The translations under genes were made by a program, and so were the position numbers. The notes beneath the pieces are model-generated. The model saw only the letters and a list, made by a program, of their open reading frames with translations. It made no database searches and was not told where the DNA came from. From NCBI GenBank assembly GCA_964648985.1, contig CAZYMS010000004.1, forward strand, positions 2,793 to 66,792: DNA of 64,000 nt, given 5' to 3'. The DNA is from an uncultured Candidatus Saccharibacteria bacterium (GTDB lineage Bacteria; Patescibacteriota; Doudnabacteria; UBA920). Below are positions 9,146 to 19,023 of this stretch, in pieces (position 1 is the stretch's first letter; each line of letters begins with the position of its first letter).

Positions 9146-9592
9146 ATGGAACACAGACAAGAAGGACACCAAGAACTCCGCGAGGGTATTACTGCTTTAA
9201 AAGCAGTTGTTATACACGAGGGAAAATATCTGGTTTTAAGACGAGCGGAAGTGAAAAATGGGAAACCCAACGCCTTCCCGGGTTTGTACGACTTTGCTGG
9301 CGGTAAACCAGAGTCGGGTGAAGAGCTTGGAGAAGCCTTAAAACGAGAAGTAAAAGAAGAAACGGGGTTAGACGTAGAAGCAGAAATGGTTGAGGGTGTG
9401 TACCCGGGCCAGCTCGGGAATACTCCCGTTACATTTATTATTTATGCAGTCAGAGTTTTATCTGAAGACATAACCCATGTCCGGCTGACTGGTGAGCACA
9501 CAGAGAGCCTTTGGGTTACGGCACATGAGCTCAGGAGTTTGCCGAGCATGCCGTACATGGAAAGTTATTTAAACGATTTCCAGAAGATATAA
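9146..9592 (+). CDS. NUDIX hydrolase
   Basis: Nudix box 'GGKPESGEELGEALKREVKEETGL'. Confidence 0.8.
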   Translation: MEHRQEGHQELREGITALKAVVIHEGKYLVLRRAEVKNGKPNAFPGLYDFAGGKPESGEELGEALKREVKEETGLDVEAEMVEGVYPGQLGNTPVTFIIYAVRVLSEDITHVRLTGEHTESLWVTAHELRSLPSMPYMESYLNDFQKI

Positions 9593-9600
9593 ATGCTATA

Positions 9601-9640
9601 ACAAGGATCACCCTTGCGCAACGCGAGGGCATCCTTGTTA
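9601..9640. terminator. hairpin of the GGATCACCCT...AGGGCATCC type, just 3' of the Nudix gene
   Basis: Inverted repeat with a GCGCAACGCGA loop. A member of the recurring hairpin family. Confidence 0.4.
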
Positions 9641-9698
9641 CGAGTAAGCATTTTAAAGTTTGCTTTGGTATACTATAGAAAAGTATTAATAAAGAAAC

Positions 9699-10118
9699 AT
9701 GGAATTAAATTATACAGCGATACTAGTCGCCACAATTGCGCAGTTTATTTTTGGGGCCATTTGGTACACACCCATCTTTGGTAAACTCTGGGGAAAGATT
9801 CACGAGTTCGACAAAGTCCCGGCTGACAAGCAAAAGGAAATGATGAAAAACATGTGGAAGCCTTTGCTGGTCCAGCTTATTGTAACTTTCATAACCAGCT
9901 TCGTGTTTGCATTGCTTTTGAACGGTTTCCCCACGGACTGGAACGTGTACGGCTTGGCATTCTTCTTCTGGCTAGGGTTTATTGTGCCAACGCAGGTGGC
10001 CGCAGTGCTGTTTGGTGGCACTAAGCCAGAGTGGGTGCTAACTAAAATAGCCATTATGGCCGGTGCAGCGCTCGGCTGCATGGAAATAGCCGCGGTTGTG
10101 TTTAAGTGGATGATGTAA
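9699..10118 (+). CDS. DUF1761 family membrane protein
   Basis: 'FIFGAIWYTPIFGKLWGK' matches the DUF1761 signature. Confidence 0.55.
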   Translation: MELNYTAILVATIAQFIFGAIWYTPIFGKLWGKIHEFDKVPADKQKEMMKNMWKPLLVQLIVTFITSFVFALLLNGFPTDWNVYGLAFFFWLGFIVPTQVAAVLFGGTKPEWVLTKIAIMAGAALGCMEIAAVVFKWMM

Positions 10119-10136
10119 TACAGACCACTACTATAT

Positions 10137-10173
10137 AAAAGCCGTTACAATGGTCACCATTGTAACGGCTATT
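10137..10173. terminator. perfect 14-bp palindrome AGCCGTTACAATGG-TCA-CCATTGTAACGGCT around GGTCACC, flanked by an A-tract and a T-tract
   Basis: Bidirectional terminator between convergent genes. Confidence 0.55.
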
Positions 10174-10194
10174 GTTATCTTTAAATTTCAAATA

Positions 10195-10557
10195 TTATTT
10201 GTATTCTAGCTCTGTAAGGTCTATGTGCACGTTGTTTTTTTCTGCAATTTTAGCAACCCAGCTTACAATAACATCTTGTCGGTGCTTGAGTTCTAGGTAC
10301 CGTTCATTGGAAAGGTTCAAGTAGTTATTGACTGAGTTTCTAAGTCCTTCAATTTCGGTTTTAAGCCTTTGTTCCGTAGCGGCGAGGTCATCTTTGGTAG
10401 CCATTTCCGCTCGAATAGCAGCAATGTCATCTTTGGTAGCCATATTCGCAATGCCATCCTTAGTTGCCATTCTGCCGGTAATGTCCTCAAAACCCCTAGC
10501 TACCATAGCAGCTAAGTCGTCTAAGGTCATGGGTTGTTTGTTGTTACTCTCGTCCAT
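10195..10557 (-). CDS. small coiled-coil protein with three tandem 'MATKDD(I/L)AA' repeats
   Basis: ~33-nt tandem DNA repeats at ~10380-10500 encode MATKDGIANMATKDDIAAIRAEMATKDDLAA. Confidence 0.45.
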   Translation of the reverse strand: MDESNNKQPMTLDDLAAMVARGFEDITGRMATKDGIANMATKDDIAAIRAEMATKDDLAATEQRLKTEIEGLRNSVNNYLNLSNERYLELKHRQDVIVSWVAKIAEKNNVHIDLTELEYK

Positions 10558-10705
10558 ATATCAAGTATATCACTGCCTCCGAAGGAAGACAATTTGGATG
10601 GTGTGGTAGTAAAGCTTCGGTACATATGCTGGATCCCCGGGTCTTCCGCCGTCGCCAAGGCTATGGTGGACAGGTCGCGGACTCGCCCGAGGATGGCAAA
10701 CGGGG

Positions 10706-11056
10706 CTACTTTCGCAAAATCTTCTCCATTGGTTTTCCTTTTGCCAGTTCGTCTATGAGTTTGTCTAGGTAGCGGATTTCCTGCATAAGAGGTTCTTTAA
10801 TTTCTTCTACCCGTATGCCGCAAATAATACCAGTAATGAGTTTTCGCGCAGGGTTTAGCTTGGGGGCTTTTGCAAAGAAAGTCTCGAAGTCTGTTTGTTT
10901 TTTTATCTGAGCTTCTAGTTGTTTCTGTGTGTAACCCGTGAGCCAGTGAACAATTGCATCTACTTCTGCTTTGGTGCGGCCCTTTCTTTCTACCTTTGCT
11001 ATATACAGGGGGTAGACCCTTGCAAAGCTCATTGTGTAAACTCTTTGTGTATCCAT
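10706..11056 (-). CDS. DUF2200 family protein
   Basis: '[25 protein letters not shown]...FETFFAKAP...[22 protein letters not shown]' closely matches the DUF2200 consensus. Confidence 0.65.
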   Translation of the reverse strand: MDTQRVYTMSFARVYPLYIAKVERKGRTKAEVDAIVHWLTGYTQKQLEAQIKKQTDFETFFAKAPKLNPARKLITGIICGIRVEEIKEPLMQEIRYLDKLIDELAKGKPMEKILRK

Positions 11057-11138
11057 TTTTGTATTTTAGCATGCGTGCAGCAACTGCAGTATGAACATGC
11101 CATGATATAATTACAGTACTTATTGGTCTGAAACTAAC

Positions 11139-13253
11139 GTGTGCATAAAAAACCAGATAATTACATTACGAACGTCGAGTATTTTTCTATCTGTCCTTGG
11201 CGTTGTATGCACTGCATTCGTACTCGTACTCATATCTCCCGCTCAAGTCGTTCGTGCTGCTACTTCCAGCAACCTTCTTACTAACCCTGGTGCAGAAACA
11301 AGTGACTTCACGGGGTGGACTGTAGTGAACGGGGGAGATGGTTGGGCTATATCAGGTTTGTTCCACACGGGCTCTCGTAGTTTTATTACTTCATATTTTG
11401 ACGGAACCCTTAGTCAGGAAATAAACCTTTCTAATGCAGGATATAATGGCACGGCCATGGACGCGCAGCCGTACATAGATGCGGGTGTGTGGGTCATGGG
11501 GTACGATTCCGGTTCGGGTACGAACGACCCCTATAGTGTGCGGGTTGAGCTCCGTGACGCGAGTCATGCAGCACTCGTCACCTGGGATACAGGGAGTCAA
11601 ACAGCTACGGGAAGCTGGGCAGAGGTTTCGCATAGGTTTACGAACTACGGCACTGGGGTGCGCTATGTATACATGAGGCTTACGGGCCGTTCTTCTGCAT
11701 TTTGGGCAGGACAGTTTGGCGCGGCATTTGATGATGCTTCAGTAACACTGACCACCAGTGAACCGACTGGTTTTATCTCCGGAAGCTATTCGGACAATAA
11801 TAGCGATGGCAAAGTAGACACGCTTACTGCAGCAGTGAATTTTTCCCCGCTTACCACGTGCGATGTGTCCAGTGGTGAACTTGCCTCGGATTGGACTTAC
11901 AATGGAAATTCTTTTGGTGGGAGTATAGCATCGGCGAGTTGCAACTTGTCCACGGGAACTATCACATTTACCCTTACCGGTGGGAGCGATCATTATACTG
12001 GCGGTACCGCGCCAACCATTGCCTATAACAATACTGATGGTGACAACTCCATTGCTAATTCTATTGGTGCCATGGGCACGGTAACTGCGTTTTCGTTGGC
12101 GGATAGCGCAGCCCCTGTACTTCAAGAGGGGACGCCAGTGACTAATCCAACAAACGACAATACTCCAAACTACTCTTTCTTTTCCTCTGAACAAGGCACT
12201 ATTACCTATGCTGGTGGCTGTACTTCTGCTACTACCACTGCCTTTGGAAGCGCAGGGAATGTTATTACGTTTTCTACGCTTGCAGACGGTACCTATGGTA
12301 TTTGCACTATTAAGGTAACAGATGGTAGCGGCAACCAGTCTGCATTGCTTGCAGTAACTCCGTTTACCGTAGACACGACTACGCCAAACATAACTGGCTT
12401 TACTGTATCAATTCTCCGGAGCATTCTTACTGCCACATGGACCACAAATGAAGCCGCCTCTACCCAGCTGCAGTACGAGATCGGTGCGCTTAGTAACGCT
12501 ACTTCAGTTGCAGATACGAGTCCGCGCACTACTTCACATACCGTTATTGTGTCCGGTGTGGACCCGTGTAATCCGTATACTGTTCGAGCAATAAGCGCGG
12601 ATGCTACTGGCAATACTTCGCAAAGCTCATCTTTTAATATAGCTGCTCAGTCGTGCGGAGTTGCCCTGCCCATTGTTGCGTTCGCAGCGCCCGTGCTTCC
12701 CAGTACTGGTTTTCAAGTATCCGCTGCACGTATGGGTAATAAGCTCATTATAACGTCTAACGCTGGAGACGATGTGAAAACCATGGCTGTTGCTACTACC
12801 TCAGATTTTGCGAATACCGGGCAAATACCGTACGCCAAAGTTGTGGAGTGGGGTAGCGATATGCCAGGGTATTCAGGTACTGCAGAAAAAGTCTATGTAA
12901 AGTTTTATACTAGTTGGGGTCAGTCGAGTAGTGTCTACACTGCGCCAGTAGCAAACACTAAAGTCTTAGGAGTAATCACACCTGAAGTGGCAGCACCAAG
13001 TCCACCAACCATACTATTTAAAACAACGTTAACCACACGAAGTAAGAGTCCAGAAGTAAAAGCTTTGCAGGAGTTGCTCAGAACCATGCCTGGCATATAT
13101 CCAGAAGGGTTGGTAACTGGGTACTATGGAAGTGCAACCCGCAGTGCAGTGCAGCGCTTCCAGCTCCAGTACGGTATAGCGCAGAAAAATAGTGGTGGGT
13201 TTGGAATAGTTGGCCCTGCTACCCGAAAGCAGTTAAATGCATTAGTACGTTAG
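11139..13253 (+). CDS. secreted 704-aa repeat protein with an FN3/PAP-N-like module and a C-terminal peptidoglycan-binding (PG_binding_1) domain. Paralogous modules are shared with 13949..17209
   Basis: Signal-peptide-like N-terminus. 'TGGTAPTIAYNNTDGDNSIANSIGAMGTV' parallels 'TSGTPTIAYDNDDGDNSIANSYGSLGTV' in the 1101-aa protein. 'TWTTNEAASTQLQYEIG...' is FN3-like. The C-terminal 'SPEVKALQELL...GYYGSATRSAVQRFQ' is a PG-binding-1 domain. Confidence 0.7.
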   Translation: MCIKNQIITLRTSSIFLSVLGVVCTAFVLVLISPAQVVRAATSSNLLTNPGAETSDFTGWTVVNGGDGWAISGLFHTGSRSFITSYFDGTLSQEINLSNAGYNGTAMDAQPYIDAGVWVMGYDSGSGTNDPYSVRVELRDASHAALVTWDTGSQTATGSWAEVSHRFTNYGTGVRYVYMRLTGRSSAFWAGQFGAAFDDASVTLTTSEPTGFISGSYSDNNSDGKVDTLTAAVNFSPLTTCDVSSGELASDWTYNGNSFGGSIASASCNLSTGTITFTLTGGSDHYTGGTAPTIAYNNTDGDNSIANSIGAMGTVTAFSLADSAAPVLQEGTPVTNPTNDNTPNYSFFSSEQGTITYAGGCTSATTTAFGSAGNVITFSTLADGTYGICTIKVTDGSGNQSALLAVTPFTVDTTTPNITGFTVSILRSILTATWTTNEAASTQLQYEIGALSNATSVADTSPRTTSHTVIVSGVDPCNPYTVRAISADATGNTSQSSSFNIAAQSCGVALPIVAFAAPVLPSTGFQVSAARMGNKLIITSNAGDDVKTMAVATTSDFANTGQIPYAKVVEWGSDMPGYSGTAEKVYVKFYTSWGQSSSVYTAPVANTKVLGVITPEVAAPSPPTILFKTTLTTRSKSPEVKALQELLRTMPGIYPEGLVTGYYGSATRSAVQRFQLQYGIAQKNSGGFGIVGPATRKQLNALVR

Positions 13254-13475
13254 TATGCGCTCGAAAATATAAAGACCCCGAATTTACATTGTTGCATTCA
13301 GCGTTTTTATTATGAATAGATGTACGTACAAATGGCATACTATAAAAATATATTGACTAACTTGTCTACACTTAATTTTGCAGCATGGCAATACATACAG
13401 ATTGCCACGAAAAATATACGCTCGCTATGCTGTCTACATTATAGGAGTGGGTGCAGTGGTATGAACAATATCTAA

Positions 13476-13750
13476 AGCATTGTGGGTTTTGGAAAGTGCC
13501 ACTACAAGTCGGACAAGAGTAGTCAGGAAGGGGGCTGGTTTCGTGTGGGGTTCCCTCCACGGAAGCAAAACCTTCCTCTCTATATATACTTGCGTGGAAA
13601 GCCGAGGAGCCAAAGGAGCTATTCAAGCTTGGAAAGTATAAACGAGGCGGCGGGTGCTTGTATATAAACAAACTTGCAGATGTAAACCAGAAAGTCTTGG
13701 CTAAACTTATAAAAGACATGTACATCTACTATAAAAAATGCATCTTGTTA
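13476..13750 (+). pseudogene. N-terminally truncated, frameshifted remnant of a DUF1801 (YdhG-like) gene, paralog of 28031..28471
   Basis: 'SIVGFGKCHYKSDKSSQEGGWFRVGFPPRKQNLPLYIYL' continues in another frame as 'ELFKLGKYKRGGGCLYINKLADVNQKVLAKLIKDMYIYYKK'. Both parts align with the intact protein at 28031..28471. The frameshift is near 13585 and there is an in-frame stop at 13473. Confidence 0.5.
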
Positions 13751-13948
13751 CATAACACCAAAAATACCAAGTGCCCTCTTGGTATTTTTAATGGCAGTTT
13801 TTCAAATCTTGCCATGGGTCTTTGCACGAGTGTTGCTAATATTCTCATGTGCTATGGTATGCGGGTGGCTGCATGCGACAGTATCCAAAGTTGAGGCGAG
13901 TGCATGATATACTTAAGCCATACTAATAAACAAACTTTAGAGAATCCA

Positions 13949-16900
13949 ATGAGGTCATTTGTAAAAATTTGCGCGCTCTTTGCCTGTGCGCTCGTTGCAT
14001 TCGTCGGCGTTCAGCAGCTGGCTCGTGCAGACGTAAACACTGCTCCGGTCTTAGACAACTCCAAAAGTCCAGTATTTTCTTCAATCCTGGAAGATGCCGG
14101 CGCTCCTGTTGGCGCGGTGGGTACGCTGGTGAGCCAGCTCGTAGATTTTGCAAGCCCCGCAGGGCAGGTGGACAACGTGACCGATCCCGATGCCGGCGCG
14201 CTGCTCGGCATTGCCATAACCGAAACAGACGCGAGTCTTACGTGTTACTACACGACGAACGGCGGGTCCGTTTGGTCCTCGCTTGGTACGCCAGCTGCCA
14301 ACTCAGCTCGCCTGCTTGCGGCAAACGCAAATAATCGGGTTTACTGCCATGCCGTTGCGGACCAAAACGGTGTGTACACTTCTGCTATTACGTTCCGCGC
14401 CTGGGACCAGACCAGCGGGGCAGACGGCTCCGTAGTGTCCACGACGACGAATGGCGGTACAACCGCTTTTTCTGTGGCGACCGACACGGCCAGTCTTACC
14501 ATAACCGGAGTGGAGGATGCGCCAACCGGGTATACGGCGTCGTATCAGGATGTGAATAACGATGGCGCGGTTGATCGGCTGGTGGTGGTTGTCAACGGCG
14601 GACATGCGTTGACTGCCTGTACGGTTTCCGCAGGTGAAATTTCCAGTGACTGGACGTATAGCGGCGGCGGTATTGGCGGGTCACTTGCTTCTGCGTCGTG
14701 CGATACGGCAAGCGCGACCATTACGTTTACCATTAGCGGCGCGACCGCGCTCACAACCAGCGGGACACCTACCATTGCCTACGATAACGACGACGGCGAC
14801 AACTCTATTGCGAACTCTTACGGCAGTCTGGGTACGGTAGGTGCTACTGGTGCGGCTGATGAAGCGCCGCCTTACATGTTTCGCGTGACCGACTACTACG
14901 GCGACTATAACCAGGACGGCACCATTACCGACATGTTTATTGCTTTTTCCGAGTCCATTAGCTGCGAAGTAGAGAGTGGTGACTGGAGTTTTTCGGTGGC
15001 GGGCGGTGTGGGCTTTCAAGCGGTCACGGGGTGCTACTCCTATGTGGGCAACACGTACCGCTTTACCGTGACTTCAAGCACGACGTTAGTAACGGGAGGG
15101 ACCGCTCCGCAGTTTACCTATTCTAACCAGGGGACGCTTGGCTCGCTGCGTGATGCTGCGGGGAACCAGGTCGTCACGACCGGGCCGCTTACGTTAAACG
15201 ATGCCGGCGCGCCCCAAATTCGAAGCTTTACGTATCAAGACGCAGATGTAGATGGTAAAATAGACCGCTTGCTCCTTACCTTTACCGAACCAATTACGTC
15301 TAACTCCTTCCTGAGCGCGAACGACCTTGTATTTAACAACGTAGGTGATTTTACCGGGGCTGCATTTGGCACGGATGGCACCGATTTAGTGACAGGGACA
15401 ATAAGCACGCTTACCATGGTACTGGGCACGGAAGCGACAGCAGTGGATACGGCCAATGGTAATGGCAGCATAAGCATTAGTTCGCGAAATAGTTTCGTAC
15501 TGCGTGATGCGGCGTTTAATATAGGTAATACGCTCAAAGTCCAGTCGCAGGCAAGTTATATAGATGGTGCCGCGCCCGTGTATGTGTCTTCCTCTACTTT
15601 GGATAATAACCAAAATGGTACTGTGGATTATGTGCGGGTAACGTATTCAGAACCAATAGACGATGCTTCGGTGGCTGCCGCGGACTTTGCTGCCGGCTTT
15701 ACCGGGGTTTCTGCGGGTGCGCTGGTGGAAAGCGTTGCTTCTGGGACGCCGGCCAGTGGAGTGGTAACCGACACGGCCAACGATGCCGCAATATATGTGG
15801 GCATTGCCAGTGGAACTGATGTGATTGCTCCGAACAAGACAGATTACACAATGCACATTGCCCAAGTGGGGAGCGTGAGTGATGTATCGGGCAATGCGCT
15901 CGCTTCCTTTACCGAGCAGACTTCTACCGACGGTGCGGCTCCGGCGCTGTATACTAGTACGGTTATTGATAGCCCCACCACTAACACCGCGCCCACTATA
16001 TTCTTTTCTATTATAGAAGACGGTACACTCAGTTATACGGGTGGTTGTACCATGCCTCTCACTAACGTTGTGGCAGGGGCTTACTTGCAAGCCTTTGATG
16101 CTCTGGCAGATGGAACCTATAGCTGTACTATTCTGGGAACAGACGCGTTAGGGAATGTTTCTGCGGCGCTGACTATAAATACCTTTACCGTGGATACCGC
16201 GTCACCCCTGCTTTCTGCCGCGAGCGTAGGACAGAGTGCCGGTACCACTACTACCATAACCTGGACCACGAACGAACCAACTTCAAGTATAGTAAACTAC
16301 GGCACTACCACTGCATACGGCAGCAGCACCGGGGAAGTGGACACCGCTCCACGGGTCACCAGTCACTCGGTGAGTATAAGTGGTTTGGTGCTGTGTCGCG
16401 ACTACCATTTTAGACCGTCTTCCAAAGACAGTGCGGGCAACGAGATTGTCGGACCTGACATTGTGTTGAGCAACCTGGGCGGCTGTGGCGCTGCGTTGCC
16501 CGTAGGGGCTTTGTCCGGCCCGGTAGTCCCTGAGGGTGGCTTTAAAATTAGCTTTAAAGAAGGTGCGGTAGTGAGTGCACCGACGGTTACGTTGCTGTTC
16601 AACGCCGGGGAGGATGTGACTCAACTTGCGTTGTCTAACTCCGCAGATTTTTCCCAAGCTGTGTTAGAGGCCTACCAGCCTGTGCGGGTGTGGAATGTAT
16701 GCCAGAAGTCGGCAGCAGATGTACCCGCACCGGTCTGTAAGCCGGGAACCTACGCCGTGTACGTAAAGTTTTATACCAAGTGGGGTCGGTCGTCCGATGT
16801 AGTGACCGCATCGGTTACGGTACAAGAGTCGGGGTTTAGTTCACACTCGCTCGTGCAAGACGGCACTACTATATACCTTATACTGGGTGGGAAAAAATAC

Positions 16901-17209
16901 GGTTTTACTTCGTTTGTCGCATTCCAAGGGCTGGGCTACACAACAAAGCGGGTGGTTCGAGGTAAAACTACTACTGTGCCCCTGGGTGGACTCATTAAAA
17001 ACGCATCGGCCGCTCACTTGAGTGGTTCATGGGTAGTGCAGAATAAAACGGTCTACTTTATAGCCGACGCAGGTCGCATTCCTGTTTCTTCCTGGGAGGT
17101 GTTTCTGGGTAACGGCGGTACTGCTTCGGTTTTGCTCCCCGCCAACTCTGCGGATATGGCTAAACCTGTTCTTCCGACAATGAGCATGAAAGATGGCCGG
17201 GTAAACTAA
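13949..17209 (+). CDS. secreted 1086-1101-aa surface protein with repeated modules, a PAP-N/FN3-like domain and two copies of the C-terminal ~55-aa repeat
   Basis: Signal peptide 'MRSFVKICALFACALVAFVGVQQLARA'. Modules are shared with 11139..13253. The C-terminus carries 'G.TIYLILGGKKYGFTSFVAFQGLGY' and 'NKTVYFIADAGRIPVSSWEVF' repeats. Confidence 0.7.
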   Translation: MRSFVKICALFACALVAFVGVQQLARADVNTAPVLDNSKSPVFSSILEDAGAPVGAVGTLVSQLVDFASPAGQVDNVTDPDAGALLGIAITETDASLTCYYTTNGGSVWSSLGTPAANSARLLAANANNRVYCHAVADQNGVYTSAITFRAWDQTSGADGSVVSTTTNGGTTAFSVATDTASLTITGVEDAPTGYTASYQDVNNDGAVDRLVVVVNGGHALTACTVSAGEISSDWTYSGGGIGGSLASASCDTASATITFTISGATALTTSGTPTIAYDNDDGDNSIANSYGSLGTVGATGAADEAPPYMFRVTDYYGDYNQDGTITDMFIAFSESISCEVESGDWSFSVAGGVGFQAVTGCYSYVGNTYRFTVTSSTTLVTGGTAPQFTYSNQGTLGSLRDAAGNQVVTTGPLTLNDAGAPQIRSFTYQDADVDGKIDRLLLTFTEPITSNSFLSANDLVFNNVGDFTGAAFGTDGTDLVTGTISTLTMVLGTEATAVDTANGNGSISISSRNSFVLRDAAFNIGNTLKVQSQASYIDGAAPVYVSSSTLDNNQNGTVDYVRVTYSEPIDDASVAAADFAAGFTGVSAGALVESVASGTPASGVVTDTANDAAIYVGIASGTDVIAPNKTDYTMHIAQVGSVSDVSGNALASFTEQTSTDGAAPALYTSTVIDSPTTNTAPTIFFSIIEDGTLSYTGGCTMPLTNVVAGAYLQAFDALADGTYSCTILGTDALGNVSAALTINTFTVDTASPLLSAASVGQSAGTTTTITWTTNEPTSSIVNYGTTTAYGSSTGEVDTAPRVTSHSVSISGLVLCRDYHFRPSSKDSAGNEIVGPDIVLSNLGGCGAALPVGALSGPVVPEGGFKISFKEGAVVSAPTVTLLFNAGEDVTQLALSNSADFSQAVLEAYQPVRVWNVCQKSAADVPAPVCKPGTYAVYVKFYTKWGRSSDVVTASVTVQESGFSSHSLVQDGTTIYLILGGKKYGFTSFVAFQGLGYTTKRVVRGKTTTVPLGGLIKNASAAHLSGSWVVQNKTVYFIADAGRIPVSSWEVFLGNGGTASVLLPANSADMAKPVLPTMSMKDGRVN

Positions 17210-17216
17210 ATACGGT

Positions 17217-17254
17217 AACAAAGAGCACCTGTCAAAAGCAGGTGTTCCTTGTTA
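17217..17254 (+). terminator. hairpin AACAAAGAGCACCTG-TCAAAAG-CAGGTGTTCCTTGTT followed by a T-rich tract
   Basis: Immediately 3' of the 1101-aa gene. Confidence 0.5.
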
Positions 17255-17258
17255 TTAT

Positions 17259-17576
17259 TTGTGTATGAGTATGAGTAAAAAAGAGGCAGCCACACCCATG
17301 CCGCACACGTTACCGACGGACCTGCGGAAGGCCATTACTGCTGTACCTAAAGTGCAGGCATTGTGGGATAGTATAACGCCACTCGCGCGCAATGAGTGGG
17401 TGTGTTGGGTAATATCGGGCAAGCAAGAAAAGACCCGCGGTGTTCGTATTGCCAAAGCAGTATCTAAAATGCGCGGTGGTATGCGCCGGCCCTGCTGCTG
17501 GATGGGCTGCCCGCATAGGACTGACAAAGCCTTGAGCCCTTCCGCAAAATGGGCATGGTCTAAAGCGAAGAAATAA
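17259..17576 (+). CDS. YdeI/OmdA-family (bacteriocin-protection-like) protein
   Basis: 'LPTDLRKAITAVPKVQALWDSITPLARNEWVCWVISGKQEKTRGVRIAKAVSKM' matches the YdeI/OmpD-associated family. Confidence 0.5.
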   Translation: MCMSMSKKEAATPMPHTLPTDLRKAITAVPKVQALWDSITPLARNEWVCWVISGKQEKTRGVRIAKAVSKMRGGMRRPCCWMGCPHRTDKALSPSAKWAWSKAKK

Positions 17577-17604
17577 TTAGATGGCATACAAGGACGTATA
17601 AGCA

Positions 17605-17643
17605 ACAAAGGTCACCCTCGCGTCGCGCGAAGGTGGCCTTTGT
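17605..17643 (+). terminator. hairpin CAAAGGTCACCCTCGCG-TCGC-GCGAAGGTGGCCTTTG followed by TTTTC
   Basis: Member of the GGTCACCC hairpin family. Confidence 0.55.
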
Positions 17644-17678
17644 TTTCATAAGCTTGTGATTTTTGTTATCATTGGAAC

Positions 17679-18266
17679 ATGCATAAAGACATTACAACAT
17701 ATAACCGTGCGCAAGATAAAACTTTCAAAGCCATTTGTACGGAACTGGCAAAGCACATAGACGCCGGACTCCCTAAAGCAGAAAGTAAAGTGTGGCATGC
17801 ACATCCCGTATGGTTTATAGACGGTAACCCAGTAGTGGGGTATGCCGTGCGTAAGCAAAATGTACAGCTTTTGTTTTGGAGTGGTCAGTCATTTGAAGAA
17901 CCGGGTCTAGAACCTGAAGGTAGTTTTAAAGCAGCAGAAGTTCGCTATGCGGCTAAAGAGGAGGTAAATTCCCGTAATCTAAAACGCTGGCTCAAAAAAG
18001 CAAAAACCATTCAGTGGGACTATAAAAACATAGTAAAGCGCAAAGGAGAACTGGTCATGCTGGAAACAGACAAGCGTAAAAAGCCGGCCTCACAGAAGCA
18101 GCTCAAGAACGGCGCCAGATGCGCAGTTGTTGCCGGTACGCATAAGGGTAAGGCCGGTACGGTTGAAGATGTGCATACCAGCAAAACCGGAGCGGTAACT
18201 ATAACCGTTCGCCAGAGTAACGGTAACCGTTTTAAGACTTTAGCGAGCAAAATTGAGCTTGTGTAA
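17679..18266 (+). CDS. DUF1801 (YdhG-like) domain protein with a C-terminal KOW-like extension
   Basis: N-terminal DUF1801 pattern. The C-terminal 'RCAVVAGTHKGKAGTVEDV...VTITV' resembles a KOW motif. Confidence 0.45.
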   Translation: MHKDITTYNRAQDKTFKAICTELAKHIDAGLPKAESKVWHAHPVWFIDGNPVVGYAVRKQNVQLLFWSGQSFEEPGLEPEGSFKAAEVRYAAKEEVNSRNLKRWLKKAKTIQWDYKNIVKRKGELVMLETDKRKKPASQKQLKNGARCAVVAGTHKGKAGTVEDVHTSKTGAVTITVRQSNGNRFKTLASKIELV

Positions 18267-19010
18267 ATGTATATGAAACATAAATTTTTGGTGTTGTGGT
18301 TAGCGGGGTTAGTGGGGGCAGCGGCAGTGCTGCCGTATGCGTTTACGTTGCAGCATGACATTATTGCTACAGTCGGGAAGCCATTGCCGCTGCTGGTATT
18401 TGCGTCCATTGCGCAAACAGCTGTATTACTCGCCGTTGCTATATTTTTTGGACTGAAGTTTGCCAAGCGTGTAGGGTTGTCCGTGCTTGAAGCGGGCTTG
18501 CTTGCAAAGGGAAAACTGCGCGGCTTTTTAACACTTACCGTTGGTGCCGGCATAGTAACCGCGGTGCTTATTGCTGTAGGCGATAATATCTTCGGGCGGT
18601 ACTTACCGGAGCTTGCTCGCGTGAATGGCAGTGTTGCACTTTGGAAAACTTTACTTGCCTCGCTCTATGGGGGAATAGTAGAAGAATTGCTCATGCGCCT
18701 ACTCTGCATGTCTCTGTTTACCTGGGTGCTGGCAAAAGTGTTCCGGTCCCCTGAGCCCGCAAAGAACGCAGTGCTCATGTGGACGGCCATGGGTCTCTCT
18801 GCCGTACTGTTTGGCCTTGGTCACTTGCCCATAACTTCCGCGCTTATGGTTATTACGCCTTTGGTTGTAGTTAGGGCCATAGTCCTCAACGGAATTGGCG
18901 GCCTTGTCTTTGGTTGGCTCTACTGGAAAAAAGGCCTTGAGTACAGCATGGCCGCGCACTTTACTGCAGACATAGTGCTCCTCGCCATCCTCCCTGCTTT
19001 GCTCAAGTAA
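18267..19010 (+). CDS. CPBP-family intramembrane metalloprotease (CAAX protease / Abi)
   Basis: 'EELLMRLL' (EExxxR) and 'FGLGH' (FxxxH) motifs on a polytopic scaffold. Confidence 0.65.
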   Translation: MYMKHKFLVLWLAGLVGAAAVLPYAFTLQHDIIATVGKPLPLLVFASIAQTAVLLAVAIFFGLKFAKRVGLSVLEAGLLAKGKLRGFLTLTVGAGIVTAVLIAVGDNIFGRYLPELARVNGSVALWKTLLASLYGGIVEELLMRLLCMSLFTWVLAKVFRSPEPAKNAVLMWTAMGLSAVLFGLGHLPITSALMVITPLVVVRAIVLNGIGGLVFGWLYWKKGLEYSMAAHFTADIVLLAILPALLK

Positions 19011-19023
19011 GTATTCTATATAC

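Noticed and set aside
13923-16657. Arg-rich alternative-frame ORFs (e.g. 13969..14334, 14681..15019, 15647..16090, 16283..16657)
   Set aside because: They are off-frame or antisense products of the GC-richer 1101-aa surface-protein gene.
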